IMG/VR virus record: IMGVR_UViG_3300014205_000010
Location: 1-64,000 of that record
Direction: 5' to 3' (one strand)
Origin: a virus
Lineage: Duplodnaviria; Caudoviricetes
Length of the DNA stretch: 64,000 nt
Shown here: piece after piece, positions 29,876-39,350 of the stretch
Layout of the letters: the number at the start of each line of letters is the position of its first letter
Numbering within the stretch: the stretch's first letter is position 1
The notes under the pieces: generated by a model
What the model was told of the DNA's origin: nothing
The model's input: only the letters and a program-made list of their open reading frames with translations
Databases searched by the model: none
Program-made: the position numbers and the translations under genes

Positions 29876-32800
29876 CTTATATACAGCAATATGGTAATTT
29901 ACTTTATACTTCTGTAGCTTTTTCTACATATTCAGAAACAGACCAAAGAACATACTGGGGTATTAAAGCTGATCAAGAGATTCCATTTTTCAAGACTTAT
30001 GATATTTCTCCTGTTCCAATAGATCCACTTCCTGAACCTGTTGCAAACGATTATGACCCGACTTTAAACAAGTTGAGCTATACTACTGTAGCTTTTTCAT
30101 CTTATATACACATTGTTAATCAGGCCAGATTTATGGCTATTAGAGATCCAGAAGTTCCAGTATATATAGCTGACCAAGTTTTATCTGAAATTAATCCAAC
30201 TCATGCTTATAACACAGCCGCAGTTTATGGAACATATGGATCTCATTTACAGAATTTATCTTATACATCTGTAGCTTTTAGATCTAATCTTATAGCTGGT
30301 CCAAAAGTAGACTGGAAAGGTATACCAGACCCAGAAATACCTTATCAACAGTATCCAGTAGCTATTGTTACTCCATATAGCCAGAAGGTTTCTCAAACTC
30401 AAAATGCTTTAGTGTCTGGATCTGATTCATATACTACAGCAAATAATCCAGCCGTTATTATTGAACTCTGGGAATGGGAATGGGGAGATGACACCGTAAA
30501 TGGTTTTGGAGAACAAGCTTTTCATTCATATGCTGAATTAGGTACTTATGTTGGCACATTAACTGTAACAGATTCTCTAGGTCAAAAAGCTAAGGCTAGT
30601 TTTACAGTAGAAGTTCTTGAATTTGCAGAAAATAGAACTTTATACGCAACTAGTGAAGAGGCCGATCTTTTTGTTACCTTTGATAATGGTGAAAGTTGGA
30701 GAAAATACGCAACTAGATCTATAAAACAGCAAACAATGAAAAATGTTTCTGGTAGATGCGTTGAGTCGGATCCAATTAATCAGTTTATGGCATACTTTGG
30801 TTTTAATAATGGAACGGTGTGGAAAACAAGAGATGGTCTTGGTACATTAGATTTACTGTATGATCTAGGCAGAAAAGTAGATATAACCAGTATTTCTATT
30901 GATCCTTATACTGGATATAAACTATACTTTTCAACAGAAGATGGATATATATACGAAGCTGATTCAGACGGTTTTACACCGCTTAAAGTTATCGGAAATT
31001 TTGGTGAAACGTCAAAAATAAATGTCATAAAAGTTGGCGGTATTGGTGGAAATAAAATTCTTGCAGGTTTTCAAGAGCCAACTGGAGTAAGCTTACACCC
31101 TGGAAGTATATTCTATGACGAAGAATTTCCTTACTATCAACCTAATACAGCTAGTCTTTCTACTCTTAAGCAGTATAAAAAAGGTTCTGCTATAACATCT
31201 GTTACAGATGGGCATGGAAATCCAGTTACTGACGGCGAAGGAAATCAGATAGTTAGGACCACTTATTTTAATGGCTGGTATAACGAAAGTGATGTTTTTG
31301 ACGAGCCACCTGAAATAGATTCTTATGTAAAAGAACCCGTTCTTGATATTGCTTTTAGCAGATATAATTCTCGTATATATTTTGCAGCTACTTCTGGGTA
31401 TGTTCTTGAATATGGAAATACAGCAAATGATGAAAGTCCATTTGGAGAGCCTACATATCGGACAAATAAATATGAACAGGTAGGTCTTAACAGTATAGAT
31501 TCTGTTCTTATTAGACATGTATTTTTGCCTAACGGAGAATACGCTAGGGCAGTAGGTGATGGCGGAATTATAGCTGGTGCATCTAGTACTCCGCATCTTG
31601 TTAAATCAATACGAGGAGAAATTAGTCCAGGAACTCCTGGCTTTGTTAATGCTATTGCCTTGCCTCAGCATAGTCCATTTGGTCCAGTTCCAGAGGCTCA
31701 AATAGTTAAAGCTGATAATTCTACTCAGAATAAATTTTGGTGGACATATCATAATGGAGTTTTCAGAAGTTACGAAGGCACGTATTATTTAGGATATCAA
31801 ACTGGAAGGCATCCAAGCAGTGTTGATGTTCCAATTCTTATCACCTATACGCAGTCTTATTATCTTCTAACAGCTCCATCTTATATCAGAGGTATATCTC
31901 AAGGACCAACAATATCTGCATATGATATTCCAAAAACATTTTGGGATCCACTCCTCCCAATAAAAATACCATACAATCCAGGTAATACATACTTTCCGAT
32001 ATATTATCCATACTTTCCGATATATTATCCGCCATATCTTGGTTACGATGGTTATCCTGGATATTTTCCAGATGGACCATATTATCCGTATCTTCCTCCT
32101 TTACCTTATCCAGATCCTGGTACATTATATCCACCAGATTGGCAACCACCAGGTACTTATGATCCATTTCCAGACCCACCATATCCACCTCCACCAACAT
32201 GGACTGGAGGAACATTTCCTACAGATATAAATCCATTTATGCCAATTGGTCCGTATGGTACAAGATGTGGTATAACAGATAATGCTACTTTCTTATCACA
32301 GCCAGTAAATGTCAGCCAAAACGATATATATTTTCAGACTCCTTCAGCTAGAGATTTTGAAGTTGGAGAATATGTAGACATTCAGGTTGAAAAAATGAGA
32401 GTTCTTGAAGTACATCCCGGTATGTTAATTGTAGAAAGAGGAGCGCTGAATACAATACCATATCCTCATTATAGAACTGAAATTATAAGAGCAGTTATAG
32501 AAACAGGAGATTTTGAGACAGGTAATGGAGTAGTCTTGAATGAAGCTATAACTTCTACTCAGACTGTTATACCATTTATAATACCAGGAGCTGAAGGATT
32601 TGATGTTGACGATTATGTCATGGGTAACCTTGAAAAAATGCGAATACTCTCGATATCAGTTGATGATATAACTGTTGTACGAGGAGTACTTGGCACAACT
32701 GCAACAAGCCACCCTCTTGGAACAATCCTCTGGGCAATAACTCCTGATTCTGGTGGAGATCAAGTAGTAGGTCTTAAAGCATCACAAGATATACATGCCG

Positions 32801-34122
32801 ATGATACTGACTTGTATTTTGAAGATGTTAGACCTTTTGATCTTGGTGGGGTATATGAGATAGATGATGGCCATGGGACCATAGAGAATATATTTGTCCA
32901 TTCCAAGACGGAATTTGGTCCTCCATTCTTTCCTGGGCAAGGATACATTTCTGTTTCTCGTGGATATAACGGAACTGTTCCTTCTTTCTTTGTTAAAGGC
33001 TGGTTTGCTCATCCATTTGAATATGGAGCCAGATCTAAATACAAAATCTCTAAGCTAATAGCTGGAGATATTAGAATTGGTACTCAAAGTGGCGGATCTT
33101 TTGAGGATTCTGAGTTCCATGTGGTATCTCCGACATCTATGAGATGTTCTCTTATAAGACCAACTGCTATATCTGGAGATAAAGTAGGTTTACAAGTAGA
33201 TGTTCATGCAAGTCAAGTAGCCATAGGTTTCTTTTGCAGAATTGATATGCCTGGGTATGAAGCTAGCGAAGAACCACCTCAATGGGGATTAGAATATGCC
33301 GCTGTTAATCAGTGGTATGGACTATTTGGAACCATGATAGGGTTTTCTTGTGATGGCCCTAATTATGAATCTGGTATTATAAGAAGAAGTCAATGGCCTG
33401 GCAATCCTAAGTATTATCCTCCAATTGGAGGCTCATTAACTATGGGTAACTGGGCCTGGGCAAACGGTCAATTGCAAGAATATTCAAGTCAATTTGATAC
33501 TACTACTCCTACTCAGTGGGCTATTCCAGATGTAGCTGGTGCTCATATACCTATAAGAAAATGGTTTTGGATTTCTGCGGTATTTGATGTACATGCACAA
33601 CCATTCAAAACAGATATAGGTGAACATGAAACTAGGTTATTTGAAGAATATGAATTCTGGGATCCGACTATTATTTGGAAAATTACTAGCATATATGGAG
33701 ATATAATTACTAGTGATTCTAATCGAAATGGAATAATTAGTTTAAATGTTGTAGATAACCCGCAAGCTATTTTAGCAAAAGCTGGAAATTTTGCTGACAA
33801 AGAGTTTTTTACCGTAGGTAATTATAAAAATATTTATGATGCTCTGCATTTTGATGGATGGGATAGCAGAGTGGCTAGCTCTCAACTAGATGGACCTCAG
33901 TTTGATAAGATATTTATTGGTCCTCATGTTGCTGTGAATGAATATCTTGAATCACTTGGTTATGGATGGAATATTCCACCAGATATAACTGTTTGGTATG
34001 ATGGTATAGATATTAGACCAGGTGAAAATCAATTATTTGGGCCTCCAGCCATAACTAATTTAAAGGGTGAATGGCAAGAACCTGGAACTGAATTATGGCC
34101 ATGGCAATATGGAGAACTATGA
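29872..34122 (+). CDS. Multidomain tail/adsorption protein (repeats, PKD, beta-propeller, Pro/Tyr-rich linker)
   Basis: PKD WEWGDD..HSY..GTYVGTLTVTD; BNR-like TFDNGESW; three N-terminal repeats and three EKMR..V.RG repeats. Confidence 0.75.
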   Translation: MTYIQQYGNLLYTSVAFSTYSETDQRTYWGIKADQEIPFFKTYDISPVPIDPLPEPVANDYDPTLNKLSYTTVAFSSYIHIVNQARFMAIRDPEVPVYIADQVLSEINPTHAYNTAAVYGTYGSHLQNLSYTSVAFRSNLIAGPKVDWKGIPDPEIPYQQYPVAIVTPYSQKVSQTQNALVSGSDSYTTANNPAVIIELWEWEWGDDTVNGFGEQAFHSYAELGTYVGTLTVTDSLGQKAKASFTVEVLEFAENRTLYATSEEADLFVTFDNGESWRKYATRSIKQQTMKNVSGRCVESDPINQFMAYFGFNNGTVWKTRDGLGTLDLLYDLGRKVDITSISIDPYTGYKLYFSTEDGYIYEADSDGFTPLKVIGNFGETSKINVIKVGGIGGNKILAGFQEPTGVSLHPGSIFYDEEFPYYQPNTASLSTLKQYKKGSAITSVTDGHGNPVTDGEGNQIVRTTYFNGWYNESDVFDEPPEIDSYVKEPVLDIAFSRYNSRIYFAATSGYVLEYGNTANDESPFGEPTYRTNKYEQVGLNSIDSVLIRHVFLPNGEYARAVGDGGIIAGASSTPHLVKSIRGEISPGTPGFVNAIALPQHSPFGPVPEAQIVKADNSTQNKFWWTYHNGVFRSYEGTYYLGYQTGRHPSSVDVPILITYTQSYYLLTAPSYIRGISQGPTISAYDIPKTFWDPLLPIKIPYNPGNTYFPIYYPYFPIYYPPYLGYDGYPGYFPDGPYYPYLPPLPYPDPGTLYPPDWQPPGTYDPFPDPPYPPPPTWTGGTFPTDINPFMPIGPYGTRCGITDNATFLSQPVNVSQNDIYFQTPSARDFEVGEYVDIQVEKMRVLEVHPGMLIVERGALNTIPYPHYRTEIIRAVIETGDFETGNGVVLNEAITSTQTVIPFIIPGAEGFDVDDYVMGNLEKMRILSISVDDITVVRGVLGTTATSHPLGTILWAITPDSGGDQVVGLKASQDIHADDTDLYFEDVRPFDLGGVYEIDDGHGTIENIFVHSKTEFGPPFFPGQGYISVSRGYNGTVPSFFVKGWFAHPFEYGARSKYKISKLIAGDIRIGTQSGGSFEDSEFHVVSPTSMRCSLIRPTAISGDKVGLQVDVHASQVAIGFFCRIDMPGYEASEEPPQWGLEYAAVNQWYGLFGTMIGFSCDGPNYESGIIRRSQWPGNPKYYPPIGGSLTMGNWAWANGQLQEYSSQFDTTTPTQWAIPDVAGAHIPIRKWFWISAVFDVHAQPFKTDIGEHETRLFEEYEFWDPTIIWKITSIYGDIITSDSNRNGIISLNVVDNPQAILAKAGNFADKEFFTVGNYKNIYDALHFDGWDSRVASSQLDGPQFDKIFIGPHVAVNEYLESLGYGWNIPPDITVWYDGIDIRPGENQLFGPPAITNLKGEWQEPGTELWPWQYGEL
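31988..32029 (+). repeat. Perfect 21-bp tandem duplication CATACTTTCCGATATATTATC x2 (YFPIYYP)
   Basis: Read directly from the sequence. Confidence 0.9.
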
Positions 34123-34171
34123 TTTGAAATTCCTAGAAATAAAAACTTAAAGAATAGGTTATAATATCATT

Positions 34172-35206
34172 ATGGCGATTATTCATGACTCTATATACCC
34201 AGTGACTGTAAGTGGTGGATTATCTCAAGGTGGATACACCTGTACTTTCACCATTTCCGAGGCTGCTAATGAAATTCTACCTGATCAGCAGATTAGTCTG
34301 TATATAGATGATAAATATGGCATATCATGGCATGGATCTCATCTTCTTTTCTCTGGATATATACCTAGCGGAAATATTAGAAGAAGACAAGAATCTGGCT
34401 TATTTGAAGTAACTGCTCATACTGCAGATTATATGCTTAGAAGACTATTTCTTCCAGGTACTGCATATAGAGAAGGAAATAACGAAAATACAAAAACTCC
34501 AAGTTCTCTGAAACTTTCTTATATCATAGAAAATATTCTTACGAGAATGACAAATGCTAGCAATTATATAACTTGGAATATAGAAGAATCTGATTTTGAA
34601 ATACCTGAATACTCAATTGATGAAGGAGATCCATGGTCTTGGTTTGAAGAAATATCAGACTACGACCAGTTTTTACTGTATTTTAAGAGAATAAATGAGC
34701 TTCAGTATCATAAGCATCCTATGTTTTTGCCTGAACCTCCCAATGCTATTTTTGATTTCAATAAAGATACAATGTCAGATATTACTATACAAAGACTTGA
34801 TCCATACCAGGTCTCACAGGCCTATGTCATTGGGTTCTTTAAGTATACCACCTTTGCCTCACTATATCCACTCATACCTGTCGAATCCGGTGGAAAGCTG
34901 CTTGAGAAGAAGGGTGTACCTGTTAAAACTCAACAAGACGTGGACACAATCGCTCGACGAATGTTTATATTCAATAATTCAAAATATGCAGTAACTATTA
35001 CAGATCATAGAAATCATCACCTGGAAATAGGTGATATAGTTACTGTAACTCATGTTAATGACGAAGATGGTATTGACTGGTCGTTTGGCAAAAGATTTTA
35101 TGTAGAAAATGTTTCATTTAGTTTTGATCTTTCTGATGGAAATCCAGTGTTAAATGCTAGTTTTGAGTTAATTGAAATACCTGAGCAGGTATATTTTAAT
35201 GCCTGA
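34172..35206 (+). CDS. Baseplate hub/Tal-like tail protein
   Basis: LLFSGYI, DPWSWFEEIS, LEIGDIVTV, FYVENVSFSF typical of hub proteins. Confidence 0.65.
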   Translation: MAIIHDSIYPVTVSGGLSQGGYTCTFTISEAANEILPDQQISLYIDDKYGISWHGSHLLFSGYIPSGNIRRRQESGLFEVTAHTADYMLRRLFLPGTAYREGNNENTKTPSSLKLSYIIENILTRMTNASNYITWNIEESDFEIPEYSIDEGDPWSWFEEISDYDQFLLYFKRINELQYHKHPMFLPEPPNAIFDFNKDTMSDITIQRLDPYQVSQAYVIGFFKYTTFASLYPLIPVESGGKLLEKKGVPVKTQQDVDTIARRMFIFNNSKYAVTITDHRNHHLEIGDIVTVTHVNDEDGIDWSFGKRFYVENVSFSFDLSDGNPVLNASFELIEIPEQVYFNA

Positions 35207-36167
35207 TTTTAATAATGACCCAGAAGATAGTGGATTTTCTCTTCAAAAAGATAGATCTTCAAAATTACTTCGTAGAATGTTTAAACCTTCTGAGATAATT
35301 AGATGTTCTGTTATAGAAACAGTTGATGATGAAACTGTAATGGTATTAACTCCAAGATTAACATACAGATATGTAAGAAAGCCAGCTAATGTTTATGTTA
35401 CATATGGAACCCAAGTAAGTGTGTTTAATCCTGGTGGTCAAAGTTCTGGCAAACTCCTAGAGATGATAAATGTTTCTCCTGATGCCAGTTCTCCAGCAGG
35501 TGTATCTGCTATTAATAGTCTTCAAGGCGAAGTAAGCGTATATGGCTCTGGTGTTATTACGGTTACAGAAGATGGTAACGACATTATAATTTCTTCTGAA
35601 GCGAGCGGTGGCGGAACTGATTATGAAGCTGGGCTAGGAATTGCTATAGGCACTGGTGTCATTTCTGCTAATTTAGTTGCTGGAGATAATATAACTCTTA
35701 CTGACCTTGGTGGTAACGCTCTAGAAATAAATTCTTCAGCTGGAGGTGGTGGTGGAACAAATACTAGACATGGAGCTTCAGCTTCTTTATCTGGGTATGT
35801 TGGAATACCTACCGCATCAGCTACCGTAATAGATTGGGTGGTAAGTAATGATACAGATAGTTATGAAACAGCTAATCCAGGAGAATTCAAGGTCCCAACT
35901 GGTTTAGCTGGTGTATATGTAATATCAGTTACAGCTCAATGGGATGAAGCAAATTCAACTGGCATTAGATCGCTAATAATTGTTGCAGCTGGAAATACAG
36001 TAGCTAGAACTGATTTTGCTGCAGCAGATTATTCTACTCCAAATTTTCAAGCTCATATTGTTATGCCTCTGGATGTTAATGATGTAGTTTATATACAGAC
36101 ATATCAAAATTCAGGTACAACACTTGACTATTACGGTAGATTTAATATGTACAGGATTTCAGATTGA
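35199..36167 (+). CDS. Tail fibre / receptor-binding protein with C1q-like C-terminal domain
   Basis: GVSAINSLQG, YEAGLGIAI, Gly linker, FKVPTGLAGVYVIS...LDVNDVVYIQTYQNSG. Confidence 0.7.
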   Translation: MPDFNNDPEDSGFSLQKDRSSKLLRRMFKPSEIIRCSVIETVDDETVMVLTPRLTYRYVRKPANVYVTYGTQVSVFNPGGQSSGKLLEMINVSPDASSPAGVSAINSLQGEVSVYGSGVITVTEDGNDIIISSEASGGGTDYEAGLGIAIGTGVISANLVAGDNITLTDLGGNALEINSSAGGGGGTNTRHGASASLSGYVGIPTASATVIDWVVSNDTDSYETANPGEFKVPTGLAGVYVISVTAQWDEANSTGIRSLIIVAAGNTVARTDFAAADYSTPNFQAHIVMPLDVNDVVYIQTYQNSGTTLDYYGRFNMYRISD

Positions 36168-36463
36168 TATTTCTAGCTGCTGAGCTACCAATTAATTTTA
36201 TAGTGGCGGTTGGAGCTTTTGGAGCTACTGCTATTACCGGAATGGCTAGTTTGATAGCCTGGATGATTAAGGAGGAATATAAAAGATCAGCTACAAGAGG
36301 AAGAGAAGATGCCCTGCTAGTCGAGAATGCGGCCCTTAAAAAGGAGCTGTCAAGAATGACCGAAAAGAGTAAAAGTCTTGAAGACTTAGTGGAAGAGTTG
36401 GAACATGAACGCGACTACGAAAGAAAACGAGCTATCGAGGCCTCTCGTGAAATCAATTCTTGA
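36164..36463 (+). CDS. Membrane-anchored coiled-coil protein (lysis region)
   Basis: N-terminal hydrophobic helix followed by heptad-rich tail. Confidence 0.6.
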   Translation: MIFLAAELPINFIVAVGAFGATAITGMASLIAWMIKEEYKRSATRGREDALLVENAALKKELSRMTEKSKSLEDLVEELEHERDYERKRAIEASREINS

Positions 36464-36698
36464 CAAGATAAGAGAGTGGGCCTATTTGTTTTCTTCAGAA
36501 AATACAAGACACCAAATAGAGAGAGCTAATGAAGCTAAAAAAGCTGAAGTAGAAGGTGAACTTAGCTTGATGCGGTTGGCTAGCAAAAGTTTCGAGTGGA
36601 GGAGAGACTTCATAGATGGCCAAGCTAGAAGAGAAGAAATTAATTGGAGACAATTTAGAGAAGAGGCAGCCAATAGAAAAGAAAATAATTTGGGGTGA
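36405..36698 (+). CDS. Hypothetical helical protein
   Basis: ORF in operon; start uncertain. Confidence 0.5.
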   Translation: MNATTKENELSRPLVKSILDKIREWAYLFSSENTRHQIERANEAKKAEVEGELSLMRLASKSFEWRRDFIDGQARREEINWRQFREEAANRKENNLG

Positions 36699-36701
36699 AA
36701 A

Positions 36702-37106
36702 ATGGGTTGGAAAATAATCATTGAGATAGAGTCTACAGTCTTTTTCTTGCTGTGGTTATTTTTGTTAGTATATGCCAAACCTAGTTTTAATCATACATGG
36801 AGACAAAAGAAACCATTTTCCAAGGGAATCATGTATTCTACTGTACTTGGCTTATTTATTTCTGGTATACTTATGCTTATGGCTTTCTTTGGTAGGGCAC
36901 CATCATCCACGGGTATCGCGCTCCTTGGAATTCTCCTAAGGATATCTATTGGAGCTTTTGGATTGATTAACCTATTCGTGATAAGATCAATATATCACAG
37001 AAAGGAGCCATTTTTTACTGAAGAAAAACAAGATGAGTTAGCTCGAGAACTAAACATACAAAGATGGCAAGTAAATGTAGTTATCAGAAGATTTATCGAT
37101 GGGTAA
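36702..37106 (+). CDS. Multi-pass membrane protein
   Basis: Three hydrophobic segments. Confidence 0.6.
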   Translation: MGWKIIIEIESTVFFLLWLFLLVYAKPSFNHTWRQKKPFSKGIMYSTVLGLFISGILMLMAFFGRAPSSTGIALLGILLRISIGAFGLINLFVIRSIYHRKEPFFTEEKQDELARELNIQRWQVNVVIRRFIDG

Positions 37107-37215
37107 ATCATATTAATTTGGAGGTATAGAAATTGTAACATTATCTATTTTCGGGTTTGAAATAATCAGAAGTTCAGTAATAGAAAGAAAAATTCAGGAA
37201 GTTAAGGAGATAATT

Positions 37216-37434
37216 ATGGCTAGTGTAGAAGATTTTACGGTTGCTTTTAGCCGAGTTAATGAGGCAACCAATGGTATTGCGGCTAAGCTTACCGAGCTTA
37301 GGGATCAGGTAGCAAATTCAGGCCTTAGTTCAGAACAAGAAGCTGACGTTCTTTCACAGCTTGACACCTTAGCATCGCAACTTACCGCAATGGCACAGGA
37401 CCCAGAAAATCCTGTCCCTGAATCGACTGAATAA
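37216..37434 (+). CDS. Small acidic helical protein
   Basis: AAGGAG RBS; frame is also open upstream to 37117. Confidence 0.65.
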   Translation: MASVEDFTVAFSRVNEATNGIAAKLTELRDQVANSGLSSEQEADVLSQLDTLASQLTAMAQDPENPVPESTE

Positions 37435-37823
37435 TGGATCTTGGTGAACCTACCGTAAGAAATTGGAATGAAGTATTTCAGGCTTTTGACCCTGACAAGG
37501 TAATATGGCTTGCTGTACTTTTAGGATTAGAGTTTATTCTTGGTGTCCTGATTGCATTCAAGCGAAATGAATTTGATTGGGACCAAATTTTTGAGATTGC
37601 CAAGAAAAACGTCGTCATCATGATTGCTTGGGCGGCCGCTTTTATTTATAGCGAGAACGCTGGCATCATAGTCTATGGCTTAGCACTGGCATATGTAGGC
37701 GGTTCAATTGCAGCCAATATAACATCATTACTCGGGATATCAATAAGTGGTATTCCTGGGCAAATTCTGACAAGAGGTCCTGGAGACTCGAATAACACTG
37801 AAGTGTCTGACACAGACTCATAA
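37434..37823 (+). CDS. Holin-like membrane protein
   Basis: LLGLEFILGVLIAFKRNEFDW...GSIAANITSLLGI resembles phage holin family 4; last gene of the late operon. Confidence 0.65.
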   Translation: MDLGEPTVRNWNEVFQAFDPDKVIWLAVLLGLEFILGVLIAFKRNEFDWDQIFEIAKKNVVIMIAWAAAFIYSENAGIIVYGLALAYVGGSIAANITSLLGISISGIPGQILTRGPGDSNNTEVSDTDS

Positions 37824-37835
37824 CATATGGGATTC

Positions 37836-37897
37836 CTAGCAGAAGGCTTCGCCACCCATCTCTGCTAGTCCTAGCCTCGGAGTAAGACTAGACTTTT
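37836..37897. terminator. Hairpins at the convergence of late and replication transcripts
   Basis: CTAGCAGA...TCTGCTAG and CTAGTC...GACTAG followed by a short T-run. Confidence 0.4.
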
Positions 37898-37907
37898 CGC
37901 CCTAGTT

Positions 37908-38429
37908 TTATTCCGAGGTTTTTTCTATTATTTTAGCCAAGAATCTTTGTCTCATTCCATGAATAGCTGACTGATGAGAATACCCATACTTTTTTGCGAG
38001 ATTCGTATCTGTATCGGTTCTAAAAACAGCTTCTATTAACACTGGTTTTTTATCTTTTAATGCAGCTGTTATTTGCATCAATTTTTCTCTATCTTCAATT
38101 AACTGTGCTAAATCATATGGAGCAGGTTTTTCTTCTTCTTCTTTAATTTCTTGTAAAAGAGTTGGTCTAAGAATTCTCCTTCTATTCATCTCTGCTTTTA
38201 TTCCATTTGCCATATAAGTCTGAATTTTTTTACTTGCCCAATAATTCCACGGAACTCCTAAAGCAGAGTTATAAGTTTTATTGGCCATCATCAAGCCCCA
38301 AAAACCATCACTTACAAGTTCATCAATATCTAGGTAATAAGTGTCAAATTTTTTCATCAATCGCCAGGCTATATTGTAAACAATCTTTGTATCTGTTTCA
38401 TCTATACAGTTAAATACCACGAGATTCAA
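37908..38429 (-). CDS. Phage RNA polymerase sigma factor (sigma70 family)
   Basis: Region 2 DELVSDGFWGLMMANKTYN..GVPWNYWA; region 4-like LAKKYGYSHQSAIH. Confidence 0.8.
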   Translation of the reverse strand: MNLVVFNCIDETDTKIVYNIAWRLMKKFDTYYLDIDELVSDGFWGLMMANKTYNSALGVPWNYWASKKIQTYMANGIKAEMNRRRILRPTLLQEIKEEEEKPAPYDLAQLIEDREKLMQITAALKDKKPVLIEAVFRTDTDTNLAKKYGYSHQSAIHGMRQRFLAKIIEKTSE

Positions 38430-38898
38430 TAGTGCAGGCTAAATAATAGCCTAATAGAACAGCATCATAAACGTCATATGGTAGGTCATCGTCTAAATCA
38501 AAAATCTCGATGACAAGTTTTTTTACTCTCTCCTTTGCTGTTGCTGAATCTCTAGCACCTACACCATGATAGGCTCTTACTGTCATGGCATTTTCTTGAA
38601 CCAGTTTAACATCTTTCAGAAGATCTATGACTTCTTTAATCAGTTTGATTGCAACTACTAGAGGTACTGAACCTCTATCAACTTTGAACGTTCTCTCCAA
38701 CATAACATATTCTGGTTGATGCTCTGATAATAGATCTATGACTGTGCCATATATCCTATTGAGCTTATGTAGTATGGTGTCACAGCCTTCAAACTCTACA
38801 CTTCCGCTATCTATAAGGTTAACGTCTTCACCTTTAAGGGTGAGTACTGCGTATCCAAGTGTGGTAGTTCCGGGATCTATCGCTAAAATTGTTTTCAT
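38410..38898 (-). CDS. ruvC: RuvC Holliday junction resolvase
   Basis: ILAIDPGTTTLGYAV, VMLE, YDVYDAV. Confidence 0.88.
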   Translation of the reverse strand: MKTILAIDPGTTTLGYAVLTLKGEDVNLIDSGSVEFEGCDTILHKLNRIYGTVIDLLSEHQPEYVMLERTFKVDRGSVPLVVAIKLIKEVIDLLKDVKLVQENAMTVRAYHGVGARDSATAKERVKKLVIEIFDLDDDLPYDVYDAVLLGYYLACTIESRGI

Positions 38899-39350
38899 CT
38901 GCTAAATCGATCTCCTCTATTAGGGTTAACCCTTGATTCTTGGTCTCTAATAGTAACCTGCCTACTTAAAGATTCATACATGATTTTCATAGACTCTGAT
39001 AATTTTTCTAATCTCTTCATCATACCTTGAACTAAAGCATAGGTTCTTTCTTCATCTGGAGATATACTTCTACCTTTAATTCTTTTTTCTGTAGCAACTA
39101 TACAGTATATAGCTGTTACTTCTCCAAGGAGGCTGTCGATAAAAGCCTTCCAGTTGGCTGTGTGTTGTAACTTTTCAGCTAATAGTCTCCCCGACAGATC
39201 CTTCAGATTCGGCAGTGAATAACTTGGCTCGCCTTCTGGCACGGCTAATGTTGGCAATCCTCTTCGCTGCAGGGCTCTCTCGAGACTTTCTATCAGTTCC
39301 TGACTTTCCCCAACAGGACTCTTTGTGAGCGCAGAAACGACAGCGCTCAT
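38895..39350 (-). CDS. Hypothetical coiled-coil protein (start uncertain)
   Basis: Frame open to 39533; ATG at 39350 overlaps the Cas4-like gene; C-terminal LSRQVTIR. Confidence 0.55.
   Translation of the reverse strand: MSAVVSALTKSPVGESQELIESLERALQRRGLPTLAVPEGEPSYSLPNLKDLSGRLLAEKLQHTANWKAFIDSLLGEVTAIYCIVATEKRIKGRSISPDEERTYALVQGMMKRLEKLSESMKIMYESLSRQVTIRDQESRVNPNRGDRFSR

Noticed and set aside
35199-36167. Diversity-generating retroelement targeting the tail fibre
   Set aside because: No reverse transcriptase or template/variable repeat pair seen in the window.
39304-39310. In-frame G GGA AAG heptamer after the last Cys of the Cas4-like gene
   Set aside because: A -1 shift hits a stop within a few codons and does not join the overlapping ORF, which is in the +1 frame; no stimulatory structure was evident.
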